64,000 nucleotides of DNA from Cyanophora paradoxa CCMP329. Its lineage: Eukaryota; Plantae; Glaucophyta. Shown in pieces: positions 12,291-23,472 of the stretch (positions are counted from its first letter, which is position 1; each line of letters opens with the position of its first letter). Under the pieces are notes generated by a model, which was given only the letters and a program-made list of their open reading frames with translations, ran no database searches and was not told the DNA's origin. A program made the position numbers and the translations under genes. The stretch covers positions 66,091-130,090 of the forward strand of contig QPMI01000451.1 in the NCBI GenBank assembly GCA_004431415.1, in the 5' to 3' direction.

Positions 12291-13553
12291 GGGGAAGGGT
12301 AAAACACTTCCCCTGTCCCTGTCCCTTGGGTCCAACCCTACCCCAAATCCCATTTCCCCGACCTCCGCAAAACCGGGGCCGCGCGGTACACCCTGAAAGC
12401 GCATCCCCAGGGGACCCCGAAACCATGTCTCCCGGTCCCGTCCGACCAAAGGGTGATCCAGGAACAGGCACCAACACCCGGGACAAAAATGGGTCCAGCG
12501 ACGCACAGGGAGCAGATATACGGGCCAGACCAGTTCGAGGTCGTTGCGCGCATCATGTTCGACATTCCGTACTGCGAGAGCGAGGCCGGGCGCGAACGCG
12601 GTCGCGTGGGAGGACGCCGCGCGCGCTAGCCAATCACATTGGAGAGTGCGAACTTACCCTGAGAAAACCTCTTAAAGTACCCCCCGGCCGCTTTCTCCCC
12701 CGGGCGCCGCAGCTCGGCTCGGCTCAACAATGGTTACGCCTCTCGCCCGCGCGGCAGCTTGCTGTGGCTCAGCGGCTAGCCGCGCCAGCCGCGCACGCTT
12801 CACCCGCGCCAACCGCGCCCCGACGCAATTGCACAAGCCGGCCGCAAGCCGGCCGCACTTGGCGGGCTATGCCACTTCCAACAAGCCGATGCCAGCGCGG
12901 CGCGCGTGCTGCGCGACGCAGAGCCCCCGCGCGCGCGCGATGCGCATGCCTGCTGCGCATGCAGCCGGCGCCGCTGATCATGAGCTGGCCCGCTGCGCCG
13001 CTTTTTGAGCGGAACGTGAGCTTGAGCAGCGTCCCCGTGCCCGCGCCCAGATCGCGCGGAGGCCGAGGCGCCGGCCAGCCCCTAGCTATGTAGCCACGCC
13101 GTGACGCACGTGCACCCGCAGCACATGCGCACTCGTGCACCCGCCACGCCTCCGCGCGCGACGGCCACGGGGCATGCGCAGCCTGGCAGCTGCAGGAGCT
13201 GGAGCACGTCCATGGCCAGACAAGGTTCCCTCCCCCTTCTCAAGGCCCGCGCCTTACATAGCTAGAGCTAGCTCGCTAGGCCCCGATCATGAGGCCTACC
13301 TCTAAGAGGACAGCTCGCCTCGATCGCGAGGACAGCTGCAGCCGCTGAGCTCGCCTGGCATGGCCAGCCTCAGCCGGAGCCGGCCCAGCGGCTCGCCCGG
13401 CCACCGTGCGCGCGCCTTCTTAAGCTTAATTAAGCGCTAGTTTAAGTCCCTGCAGCTGCCCTCTGCATGCGCGCATCTAGATCTTGGATTCGCCGAGGTT
13501 AAATGCCCTTCCCCGGACCCAACTGACGCGCGCGGCAAGTCAGTGGCCCTTTT
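12291..13553 (+). mobile_element. Non-autonomous Helentron/Helitron2-like element (HINE-type)
   Basis: 5' palindrome GGGGAAG-ggtaaaaca-CTTCCCC (12291-12313) after TT; matching 3' subterminal IR CCCTTCCCC (13506-13514), then stem-loop ACTGAC...GTCAGT (13522-13544) and TTT. No TSD, no coding capacity. Confidence 0.6.
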
Positions 13554-15699
13554 ATTCATCATGGCATCATTGCATGCATAAAATATTGTTGCGTGTTACA
13601 TGCATGAAATAAAATGATCAATGATTGACTTGTTCATGATCAATTCTTCTACAACCTTGCCAGGTTGTTTTTGCCAAGTTGCCAATTGAAGTGTTCAATT
13701 CTTAAGCTTCTTGCAATTGTTCATGATCAGTGCCGCAATGTGTTGCCAGGCTAGATAGCTGGCAAGGTGGTGTATTGGGGGTACAGGCAGACTGAGGTAC
13801 AGGGGTACAAAGCTACAGGGACTTCGACAGTATATCACTGATGCAATACATGTTAACGTTCAAGCTTCTTGCCCACTTTCCTGCTAAGGATTGCCCTTGC
13901 TTTGCCAGCCATGGCCAGTATTTAACACCAAAACTCGATGTTCGATGACAGATCTAGAACATAAATGATCAAAACTTTGAAATACGTATACATTGCATGT
14001 GCTTCTTTTGTATTGTTTTGTGATCACTTCATTGTTTCTGGATCTGTTCTGAAATGCTCTCTTCTTCAGTGCTTCAGCTTCATTTTCGTTCTTTGTAATA
14101 CGATTGATCATGAACCACAAGAGATTCATGTGTGCAATTTCAAACTTCTTGCAATTGTTCAGTGCTTTAGCTCTTCTTCTCATCTTCCTGGCTAAAGCTA
14201 TAGCTATAGCTAAGAATATCAAATCGCCCTTTAATTTCTTTGCCAGCCAAGAATTAAACACCAATTGCAAAGCACTGTGTTTCATGACAAACCATAAATG
14301 ATGAAGCCTCGCTTTGGACTACATTGCATCTCGTGCATTGTTTCCAGATTACATGATCAGTGTTTAATTTCTACATCTTCCATGCACTCACATCTGTGTT
14401 CTTTATGTTCAGTGCTTCAGCTTCTTCTGTTCTGTCTTTACAACTTTAGTACTTCATTCTCATTCTTTGTTCAATTAATAAGTAGTAGTAGTAGAAGTAG
14501 TACGTAGAAGAAGAAGAATAGACCACAAGAAATCAAAGACTCCTAAATAACACTGGTATCAGGGACACAAGAGCGCATTCTGCTAGAAAGATAATTGCAT
14601 AACTCGGTTGGGGAGTGTGTGTTGTGCTATGGCGGGGCGAGGGGGGGAGCGCGCTACGCGCCAGCTGGCATAATTAAAGAGGCCCTTACATAGAGCAGTT
14701 CGCAAGTGGTGGCGTCTAGCGCCGTTACCATCAATTTTCGACCACTGCGGGCGCGGGATTCGCGGCGCGGGATCGGCAAGACAGCTACACGAGTGCTAGG
14801 GAATCGGCGCGCATAGGTCCTTTTTGCTAGCGGATCCGCGCTGCGCGCCCGCGCGCCAAGGTCCCGCGCGCCCGCTTGCGGAGGGGGGGGACAGCGATTC
14901 CGTCATGCAGTCCGCGCTGCTAGCGCTCTGGTCGCGTTATGCATGCGCGGTACAGCGCAACGATTGCGCTGTGTACCGCTTCGGGTCCTCCGCGCTGCCG
15001 CCGCCGCGCCAGCGCCGGTTTTGGGGCTGCCCAAAACCGGGGGGGACAGCGTTACGAGGCACCAGCTCCAGCCACACATCGCCCGGTGTGCGAAACGCTC
15101 GAGCGCGTCGCACTCCCCAGGCGCCGCCGCTATATCTGGCGCCTCCATCTGGCCCCACTCGCCGCCGCAGTACACGGCGACTACGCGCCGCACATCGCGG
15201 CACATGTACAGCTACTGTTATAGGTCCGTGGCTCACTTTGCATCGTGCTCGGTTCGCTCACCGCGGGCGATCCGGCGCGGCGCATCTGGCGGTTCGTCGC
15301 CCTCGCGCCGCCGCCGCATGTCAACGCGATCCCGTGCGCGCTCCATCACGAGCCGAAAAGCCGGCGCTGAGGTCTGCACACGCCCGCGCCGCCCCCTGCG
15401 CCGAGCGCCGACCGCGGCCTGCCCGCGCTCATTTGCGCAGGGCGATCTCCGTTACCGCGCGTGCTCTGGGGGCACCTCGCCGTCGACGCATGGGACTCAA
15501 TGGCTGCTGGCGTCTTGCGCAGTCAGAGCCAGGATCGCCGACGAGCTGCAGCATGCCGCCCCCATGCCCTGCGCGCGCGCGCTTCGCCACAACCACGTAT
15601 CCGCGGTGCGCGGGCCAGCCGCCTTTGCCCGCTCTTTGATATTCAATCGGAGGGTCTTTTTGAGCGTGGCGTCAGCCACGCTGGACGCTGCTCGCGCAG

Positions 15700-17640
15700 G
15701 GATCCCGCCCCCCGCCGCCCCGCCAACCACGTACCCCGGTACGAGGCCCGGCCCGCGCCCCCGGCCCTGGCTCTGCCCGCCGGGGCTCCAGTGCCGCGCC
15801 CGGTGGGCCGCCGAATCGCTTGGGAGGCGGCGCTGAACGCTGCTCCCGCAGGGCCCCCGCCCCCCGCCTCCCCGCCCCCCCGCCAACCACGTACCCCGGT
15901 ACGAGGCCCGGCCCGCGCCCCCGGCCCTGGATCTGCCGGGCGGGGCCCTAGTACCGCGCCCAGACGGCCGCCAAATCGCTTGGGAGACGGCGCTGAACGC
16001 TGCTTCCGCAGAGCCCCCGCCCCCCGCCTCCCCGCCCCCCCGCCAACCACGTACCCCGGTGCGAGGCCCGGCCCGCGCCCCCGGCCCTGGCTCTGCCGGG
16101 CGGGGCCCTAGTATCGCGCCCAGACGGCCGCCGAATCGCTTGGGAGGCGACGCTGAACGCTGCTCCCGCAGAGCCCCCGCCCCACACCCCGGCTCTCCGT
16201 CGCCCCGCCAACCACGTACCCCGGTATGAGGCCCGGCCCCCGCCCCCGGCCCTGGTTCTGCCGGGCGGGGCTCTAGTGCCGCGCCCGGTGGGCCGCCGAA
16301 TCGCTTGGGAGGCGGCGCTGAACGCGGTTTCCGCAGGGACCCCGCCCCCCGCCCCCCGCCCCCCCGCCAACCACGTACCCCGGTGCGAGGCCCGGCCCGC
16401 GCCCCCGGCCCTGGCTCTGCCGGGCGGGGCCCTAGTATCGCGCCCAGACGGCCGCCAAATCGCTTGGGAGGCGGCGCTGAACGCGGTTTCCGCAGGGACC
16501 CCGCCCCCCGCCTCCCCGCCCCCCCGCCAACCACGTACCCCGGTATGAGGCCCGGCCCGCGCCCCCGGCCCTGGCTCTGCCGGGCGGGGCCCTAGTGCCG
16601 CGCCCGGTGGGCCGCCGAATCGCTTGGGAGGCGACGCTGAACGCTGCTCCCGCAGGGCCCCCGCCCCACACCCCGGCTCTCCGTCGCCCCGCCAACCACG
16701 TACCCCGGTATGAGGCCCGGCCCCCGCCCCCGGCCCTGGTTCTGCCGGGCGGGGCTCTAGTGCCGCGCCCGGTGGGCCGCCGAATCGCTTGGGAGGCGGC
16801 GCTGAACGCTGCTCCCGCAGAGCCCCCGCCCCCCGCCTCCCCGCCCCCCCGCCAACCACGTACCCCGGTGCGAGGCCCGGCCCGCGCCCCCGGCCCTGGC
16901 TCTGCCGGGCGGGGCCCTAGTATCGCGCCCAGACGGCCGCCGAATCGCTTGGGAGGCGACGCTGAACGCTGCTCCCGTAGGGCCCCCGCCCCACACCCTG
17001 GCTCTCCGTCGCCCCGCCAACCACGTACCCCGGTATGAGGCCCGGCCCCCGCCCCCGGCCCTGGCTCTGCCGGGCGGGGCTCTAGTGCCGCGCCCGGTGG
17101 GCCGCCGAATCGCTTGGGAGGCGGCGCTGAACGCGGTTTCCGCAGGGACCCCGCCCCCCGCCCCCCGCCCCCCCGCCAACCACGTACCCCGGTATGAGGC
17201 CCGGCCCCCGCCCCCGGCCCTGGTTCTGCCGGGCGGGGCTCTAGTGCCGCGCCCGGTGGGCCGCCGAATCGCTTGGGAGGCGGCGCTGAACGCGGTTTCC
17301 GCAGGGACCCCGCCCCCCGCCCCCCGCCCCCCCGCCAACCACGTACCCCGGTGCGAGGCCCGGCCCCCGCCCCCGGCCCTGGCTCTGCCCGCCGGGGCTC
17401 TAGTGCCGCGCCCGGAGGGCCGCCGAATCGCTTGGGAGGCGGCGCTGAACGCTGCTCCCGCAGAGCCCCCGCCCCCCGCCTCCCCGCCCCCCCGCCAACC
17501 ACGTACCCCGGTACGAGGCCCGGCCCCCGCCCCCGGCCCTGGCTCTGCCGGGCGGGGCCCTAGTACCGCGCCCGGAGGGCTGCCGAATGGCTTGGGAGGC
17601 GGCGCTGAACGCGGTTTCCGCAGGGACCCCGCCCCCCGCC
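15700..17640. repeat. Tandem array, about 160-bp unit, 12 copies (left arm)
   Basis: Anchor CCAACCACGTACCCCGGT recurs at about 15723, 15883, 16043, 16208, 16367, 16527, 16692, 16852, 17017, 17176, 17335 and 17495. Confidence 0.95.
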
Positions 17641-18719
17641 CAGGTTTGGGCGCCCCCAAAACCGGGGGCTGACGCTGTGACGGGCGCGCGGAGCGCATGC
17701 AGCGGCCTTTCATAGCCATCGTGGCACTGCGTGGCAGCGGCCTGCAGCGGCCTTTCATAGCCATTAGTCGAGAACTTCGGAAGCGTGGCACTGCGACATG
17801 TTTATTGAGGTTTTAATTTGTACCAAGCTCTCGATTTATTGCAAGGGGGGGTACCCCTCCCTTGCTCCCCTGGTGAATTGGTGCGGCGCACTTTCTGTGT
17901 TAGCAATTTTTGTAAGATGAGATTCTTTGCATGCGCTCTCGTATAGGTGGGATCGCATCGTAGCCGCTGCGAGCGGCGGAAAAAAATGCAAGGGCGGGGC
18001 TGCGCAAACATGTCGAAGCCGCTCCTCACCTGCTATTGCTATATGCGCCGGACCACGTGCTCCTGAATGCTCTCAATGCGCTCTACAAACTCTGTCATAC
18101 ATGCCTGGGCTCGAGAAGCGGCGCGTGGCGCGCTAGGCCGCCTCAAGTACCTGTTGTACCGGGCGCCGGAAAAAAGTGCTCCTGAGAGTTTCGGCCAATC
18201 GCGTTACAGTACCCGGACTTCGTTCTGCGTAGGCGGAGCGGCGTGCCGAGCTCGAGGCGGATCGGAGCGGCGACGGAGCGGCGGAGCGGCGCGCCCGCAA
18301 CGTCGCGTTCCGGTGCGCTTCCGGCTGCGGCCTCGGCGGCGACACCAGCACCGTGCGGGCACAGCCGCGGATGCGCTCCTGGTGGCGAATGCGGGCACAG
18401 CCGCTCCTGGTGGCGGAGAGCGCCGCGAGAGTGCAGGAAGAAGGCGCCTGAGACGCCGCGACGCCGGCTGTGTGCGCGCCCGCGGCCGCGGCGTTTTGCC
18501 AACGCTCTCGGTTTCTGACGGACTCCGATTCGTGATCAAGCAGACTCCAGCTCGATGTTGTCAAGCCCTTCAAGCGCAGTTCAAGCACGGGGCGGGTCGC
18601 CACTTGCACGCCTCGGCCCCACGTATGCGTGGCTTGAACCGCGGCCGGCGTTCCGTAGCAGAGTGTGGCGGCCGCGGCGTCGCAGCATTCGCAGCTGCTC
18701 CTAGTACGTCGCGCCGGGC

Positions 18720-19430
18720 TAGGCCCCGCCCCTGCGCCGCGGCTGTCCGGGGCGAGCTGACGCCTCGGCCCTGCGCAGGCTATGCGCAGGGCCCGGCGCC
18801 ACCTGCCCCTCCGCCCGCTTCCTCGCCCGCCGCCTCGCCGGCTGCTTCAGCGTCGTCGACTCCAGGTTCGCCCCGCCGCTGCTGCCGCGCACCTGGCCCG
18901 GCCGCCCCCGCTGGGCCCCGCCCCCGCACGGCCGCTGTCCGGGGCGAGCTGACGCCTCAGCTCTGCGTATGTGCAGGCTATGCGCAGGGCCCGGCGCCAC
19001 CTGCCCCTCCGCCCGCTTCCCCGCCCGCCGCCTCGCCGGCTGCTTCAGCGTCGTCGACTCCAGGTTCGCCCCGCCGCTGCTGCCGCGCACCTGGCCCGGC
19101 CGCCCCCGCTGGGCCCCGCCCCCGCACGGCCGCTGTCCGGGGCGAGCTGATGCCTCAGCTCTGCGTATGTGCAGGCTATGCGCAGGGCACGGCGCCACCT
19201 GCCCCTCCGCCCGCTTCCCCGCCCGCCGCCTCGCCGGCTGCTTCAGCGTCGTCGACTCCAGGTTCGCCCCGCCGCTGCTGCCGCGCACCTGGCCCGGCCG
19301 CCCCCGCTGGGCCCCGCCCCCGCACGGCCGCTGTCCGGGGCGAGCTGATGCCTCAGCTCTGCGTATGTGCAGGCTATGCGCAGGGCACGGCGCCACCTGC
19401 CCCTCCGCCCGCTTCCCCGCCCGCCGCCGC
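18720..19430 (+). repeat. 198-bp tandem repeat, about 3.5 copies (exon+intron-like unit)
   Basis: Anchor GCTGTCCGGGGCGAGCTGA at 18742, 18934, 19132 and 19330. Confidence 0.9.
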
Positions 19431-19457
19431 CTTCGCCTGCCTGCCTGCCTGGTGCCG

Positions 19458-19463
19458 CCCCCC

Positions 19464-19494
<31 letters not shown>

Positions 19495-19505
19495 ACACAC
19501 ACACC
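19458..19505. repeat. poly-C followed by a (CA)n microsatellite
   Basis: Directly visible. Confidence 0.95.
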
Positions 19506-20004
19506 CTAAGTACCCTGCAATGTGTACCAGTACCCCCCCTTGCACCTCCGCGCGCGGCCCGCACTTGCCGATCTTGCACAGGGCCGGGCGCGGTCTGCTA
19601 GTATTCACAGCCCCCGGTGGGCACTCGTGCAGTACTAGTTTGTTGACATACTATGATACTTGCAAGGATGGCTATGTATTGCAAGGATGAGTGCAAGCTT
19701 ACTTGTCGGATATCGATGTCGACATACTTGCAAGCTTAAGGGGCCCGCGGCCGGGCCTGGCCATGGGGTTCGGCGCGGGCTTTAGATCTTGATCATGATC
19801 TGATGATCGATATCTTGTAATATTCAATGATTGATTGATCTTGAACTGCCGCAGTGCGTGATAAATAAGCTTTAAGGCTTCAAACTTCAACGCTTCAACG
19901 CTGCGCTCAGCGGCTGATTTTTTGTATCATGATCATTTACTCATGATCATGATCATGATCACTCACTGAACATGAAACGCCTGCCGTTCAACGGTTGATC
20001 CCTC

Positions 20005-20275
20005 AATGCCGCCTATTGCCGCGACTCAGTGACTTGCCGCGAGTTCTGAGTTGCCGCGAGTTGCCGCGATAAATCGCGGATAATCGGATTGCCGCGATTT
20101 CTCGCGGAAACCGCGAGTTGCCGCGGGATGCCGCGGGATGCCGCGGGATGCCGCGGAATGCCGCGGGATGCCGCGGAATGCCGCGGAATGCCGCGGAATG
20201 CCGCGAGTTGCCGCGAGATGCCGCGAAGAGCCGCGAATCATTCGATTGGCGCGAGATGCCGCAAAATACCGCGGC
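20005..20275. repeat. 10-bp minisatellite (WTGCCGCGRR)
   Basis: ATGCCGCGGG/ATGCCGCGGA/TTGCCGCGAG units; near-perfect 20110-20230 with degenerate flanks. Confidence 0.9.
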
Positions 20276-20949
20276 GATATTAAGCAATTGCAATGCCGGG
20301 CCGGAAATACCCAAATAGCGCATGATATTGTATTAATTATATAACATTGAATAATTTCATCATGATCATGATGATAATCATTGAATCGGACTCTCCGGGA
20401 TATCCATCATCGGATCAATCACTTGAATGGTCAGACTCTGAGAACTAGTGCCGCAGTGCACGTGTGCTTGATCATGATGTAAACTTGAATTCGAAACAGC
20501 TGAAGCCTTGAAGTGAGCTTCATGATCGATATCAGGCTTGAAGATCTGAAAACATGTACAGCTAATCATGAGCTGTCATGATCAGCCGCTGAGCTGGGCA
20601 GCAGTATACGTACAGCTGTACAGGCGCTGGCCATGGCTGTACAGCCTGGCAGCTCTTTCACTGATCATGATCATGATCATGACTCGTGAAGATCACGTCA
20701 CGGCGTGTACCTAGGAATTATTAACTCGCCGACTCGGCGAGTCGATAGCCCCGGGGCCCGCGCATGCCAGGCCCTACTGACATTTAAGACGTGCGGGCCC
20801 TGGATCATCGATATTGGTTACTTCGACGGCGAGCTCGAGATTCAATTTACCGACCGTAGTGCTAGCGCGACCGTCGGACCACTACAATTCATGTTCTCAC
20901 ACGCACACGTGCAGCGTCAGCCCCGGTTTTGGGGGCGCCCAAACCAGGG

Positions 20950-22075
20950 CGGGGGGCGGGGTCCCTGCGGAAACCGCGTTCAGCGCCGCCTCCCGAGCCA
21001 TTCCGCAGCCCTACGGGCGCGATATAAGGGCCCCGCCAGGCAGCGCCAGGGCCGGGGGCGGGGGCCGGGCCTCGTACCGGGGTACGTGGTTGGCGGGGCG
21101 ACGGAGAGCCGGGGTGTGGGGCGGGGTCCCTGCGGGAGCAGCGTTCAGCGCCGCCTCCCAAGCGATTCGGCGGCCCACCGGGCGCGGCACTAGAGCCCCG
21201 CCCGGCAGAGCCAGGGCCGGGGCGCGGGCCGGGCCTCATACCGGGGTACGTGGTTGGCGGGGGCGGGAGGCGGGGGCGGGGCCCTGCGGAAGCAGCGTTA
21301 GCGCCGTCTCCCAAGCGATTTGGCGGCCGTCTGGGCGCGATACTAGGGCCCCGCCCGGCAGAGCCAGGGCCGGGGCGCGGCCGGGCCTCGCACCGGGTAC
21401 GTGGTTGGCGGGGGGCGGGGGCGGGGGCGGGGTCCCTGCGGAAACCGCGTTCAGCGCCGCCTCCCAAGCGATTCGGCGGCCCACCGGGCGCGGCACTAGA
21501 GCCCCGCCGGCAGAACCAGGGCCGGGGCGGGGCCGGGCCTCATACCGGGGTACGTGGTTGGCGGGGCGACGGAGAGCCGGGGTGTGGGGCGGGGGCTCTG
21601 CGGGAGCAGCGTTCAGCGCCGCCTCCCAAGCGATTCGGCGGCCGTCTGGGCGCGATACTAGGGCCCCGCCCGGCAGAGCCAGGGCCGGGGGCGCGGGCCG
21701 GGCCTCGCACCGGGGTACGTGGTTGGCGGGGGGGCGGGGAGGCGGGGGGCGGGGGCTCTGCGGAAGCAGCGTTCAGCGCCGTCTCCCAAGCGATTTGGCG
21801 GCCGTCTGGGCGCGGTACTAGGGCCCCGCCCGGCAGAGCCAGGGCCGGGGGCGGGGGCCGGGCCTCGTACCGGGGTACGTGGTTGGCGGGGGGCGGGAGG
21901 CGGGGGCGGGGCCCTGCGGGAGCAGCGTTCAGCGCCGCCTCCCAAGCGATTCGGCGGCCCACCGGGCGCGGCACTGGAGCCCGGCGGGCAGAGCCAGGGC
22001 CGGGGCGCGGGCCGGGCCTCGTACCGGGTACGTGGTTGGCGGGGCGGCGGGGGGCGGGATCCCTGCGCGAGCAGC
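20950..22075. repeat. Same 160-bp tandem array in inverted orientation, 7 copies (right arm)
   Basis: Anchor ACCGGG(G)TACGTGGTTGG at about 21076, 21240, 21392, 21544, 21709, 21868 and 22023. Confidence 0.95.
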
Positions 22076-23472
22076 GTCCAGCGTGGCTGACGCCACGCTC
22101 AAAAAGACCCTCCGATTGAATATCAAAGAGCGGGCAAAGGCGGCTGGCCCGCGCACCGCGGATACGTGGTTGTGGCGAAGCGCGCGCGCGCAGGGCATGG
22201 GGGCGGCATGCTGCAGCTCGTCGGCGATCCTGGCTCTGACTGCGCAAGACGCCAGCAGCCATTGAGTCCCATGCGTCGACGGCGAGGTGCCCCCAGAGCA
22301 CGTGCGGTAACGGAGATCGCCCTGCGCAAATGAGCGCGGGCAGGCCGCGGTCGGCGCTCGGCGCAGGGGGCGGCGCGGGCGTGTGCAGACCTCAGCGCCG
22401 GCTTTTCGGCTCGTGATGGAGCGCGCACGGGATCGCGTTGACATGCGGCGGCGGCGCGAGGGCGACGAACCGCCAGATGCGCCGCGCCGGATCGCCCGCG
22501 GTGAGCGAACCGAGCACGATGCAAAGTGAGCCACGGACCTATAACAGTAGCTGTACATGTGCCGCGATGTGCGGCGTGTAGTCGCCGTGTACTGCGGCGG
22601 CGAGCGGGGCCAGATGGAGGCGCCAGATATAGCGGCGGCGCCTGGGAGTGCGACGCGCTCGAGCGTTTCGCACACCGGGCGATGTGTGGCTGGAGCTGGT
22701 GCCTCGTAACGCTGTCCCCCCGGTTTTGGGCAGCCCCAAAACCGGCGCTGGCGCGGCGGCGGCAGCGCGGAGGACCCGAAGCGGTACACAGCGCAATCGT
22801 TGCGCTGTACCGCGCATGCATAACGCGACCAGAGCGCTAGCAGCGCGGACTGCATGACGGAATCGCTGTCCCCCCCCTCCGCAAGCGGGCGCGCGGGACC
22901 TTGGCGCGCGGGCGCGCAGCGCGGATCCGCTAGCAAAAAGGACCTATGCGCGCCGATTCCCTAGCACTCGTGTAGCTGTCTTGCCGATCCCGCGCCGCGA
23001 ATCCCGCGCCCGCAGTGGTCGAAAATCGATGGTAACGGCGCTAGACGCCACCACTTGCGAACTGCTCTATGTAAGGGCCTCTTTAATTATGCCAGCTGGC
23101 GCGTAGCGCGCTCCCCCCCTCGCCCCGCCATGCCACAACACACACTCCCCAACCGAGTTATGCAATTAACTTTCTGGGTAGTATGCGCACCTAGGTCCCT
23201 AGCAACTGGGGGGGTGCGGGGGGGCGGAGCCCCCCTGCTTGTGCATTTGACGAGACACGTGCACGTGACGACAGTGATGTCCGCTATAGCGCTAGCCAGC
23301 AGCCGCTGAGCCTCGGAGCTACACACACTAGTACAGTCACTGAGTATCCGTACGTTAGCTTACAGGCCCTGATCATGAGGCTAGTACTACAGTAGTAACA
23401 GCACATCATCATGGCATCATGCCATGATGCCAGGCCATGATCATCGGATGGCACTGCGGCATATGGGCCTGA

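Larger units (their letters stand above)
17838..19570 (+). mobile_element. Non-autonomous Helentron-like element nested in the foldback spacer, carrying a gene-like fragment
   Basis: 5' palindrome GCAAGGGGGGGTACCCCTCCCTTGC after TT at about 17840; 15-bp subterminal IR GTACCCCCCCTTGCA at about 19530, followed by palindrome CCGCGCGCGG and TT. Confidence 0.6.
14555..23245. mobile_element. 8.6-kb foldback element with long inverted arms containing satellite arrays, non-identical termini and a one-sided terminal hairpin
   Basis: About 14590-17678 is the reverse complement of about 20912-23170. Termini are related but different (GGTATCAGGGACACAAG vs TTGCTAGGGACCTAGG). A GGGGGGC-GGA-GCCCCCC hairpin at 23216-23238 follows the right end. 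Confidence 0.8.

Noticed and set aside
15700-22075. 160-bp arrays as a CRISPR array or repeat-protein gene
   Set aside because: Whole units repeat with no unique spacers, no cas genes are present, the context is eukaryotic, and unit lengths do not keep a reading frame.
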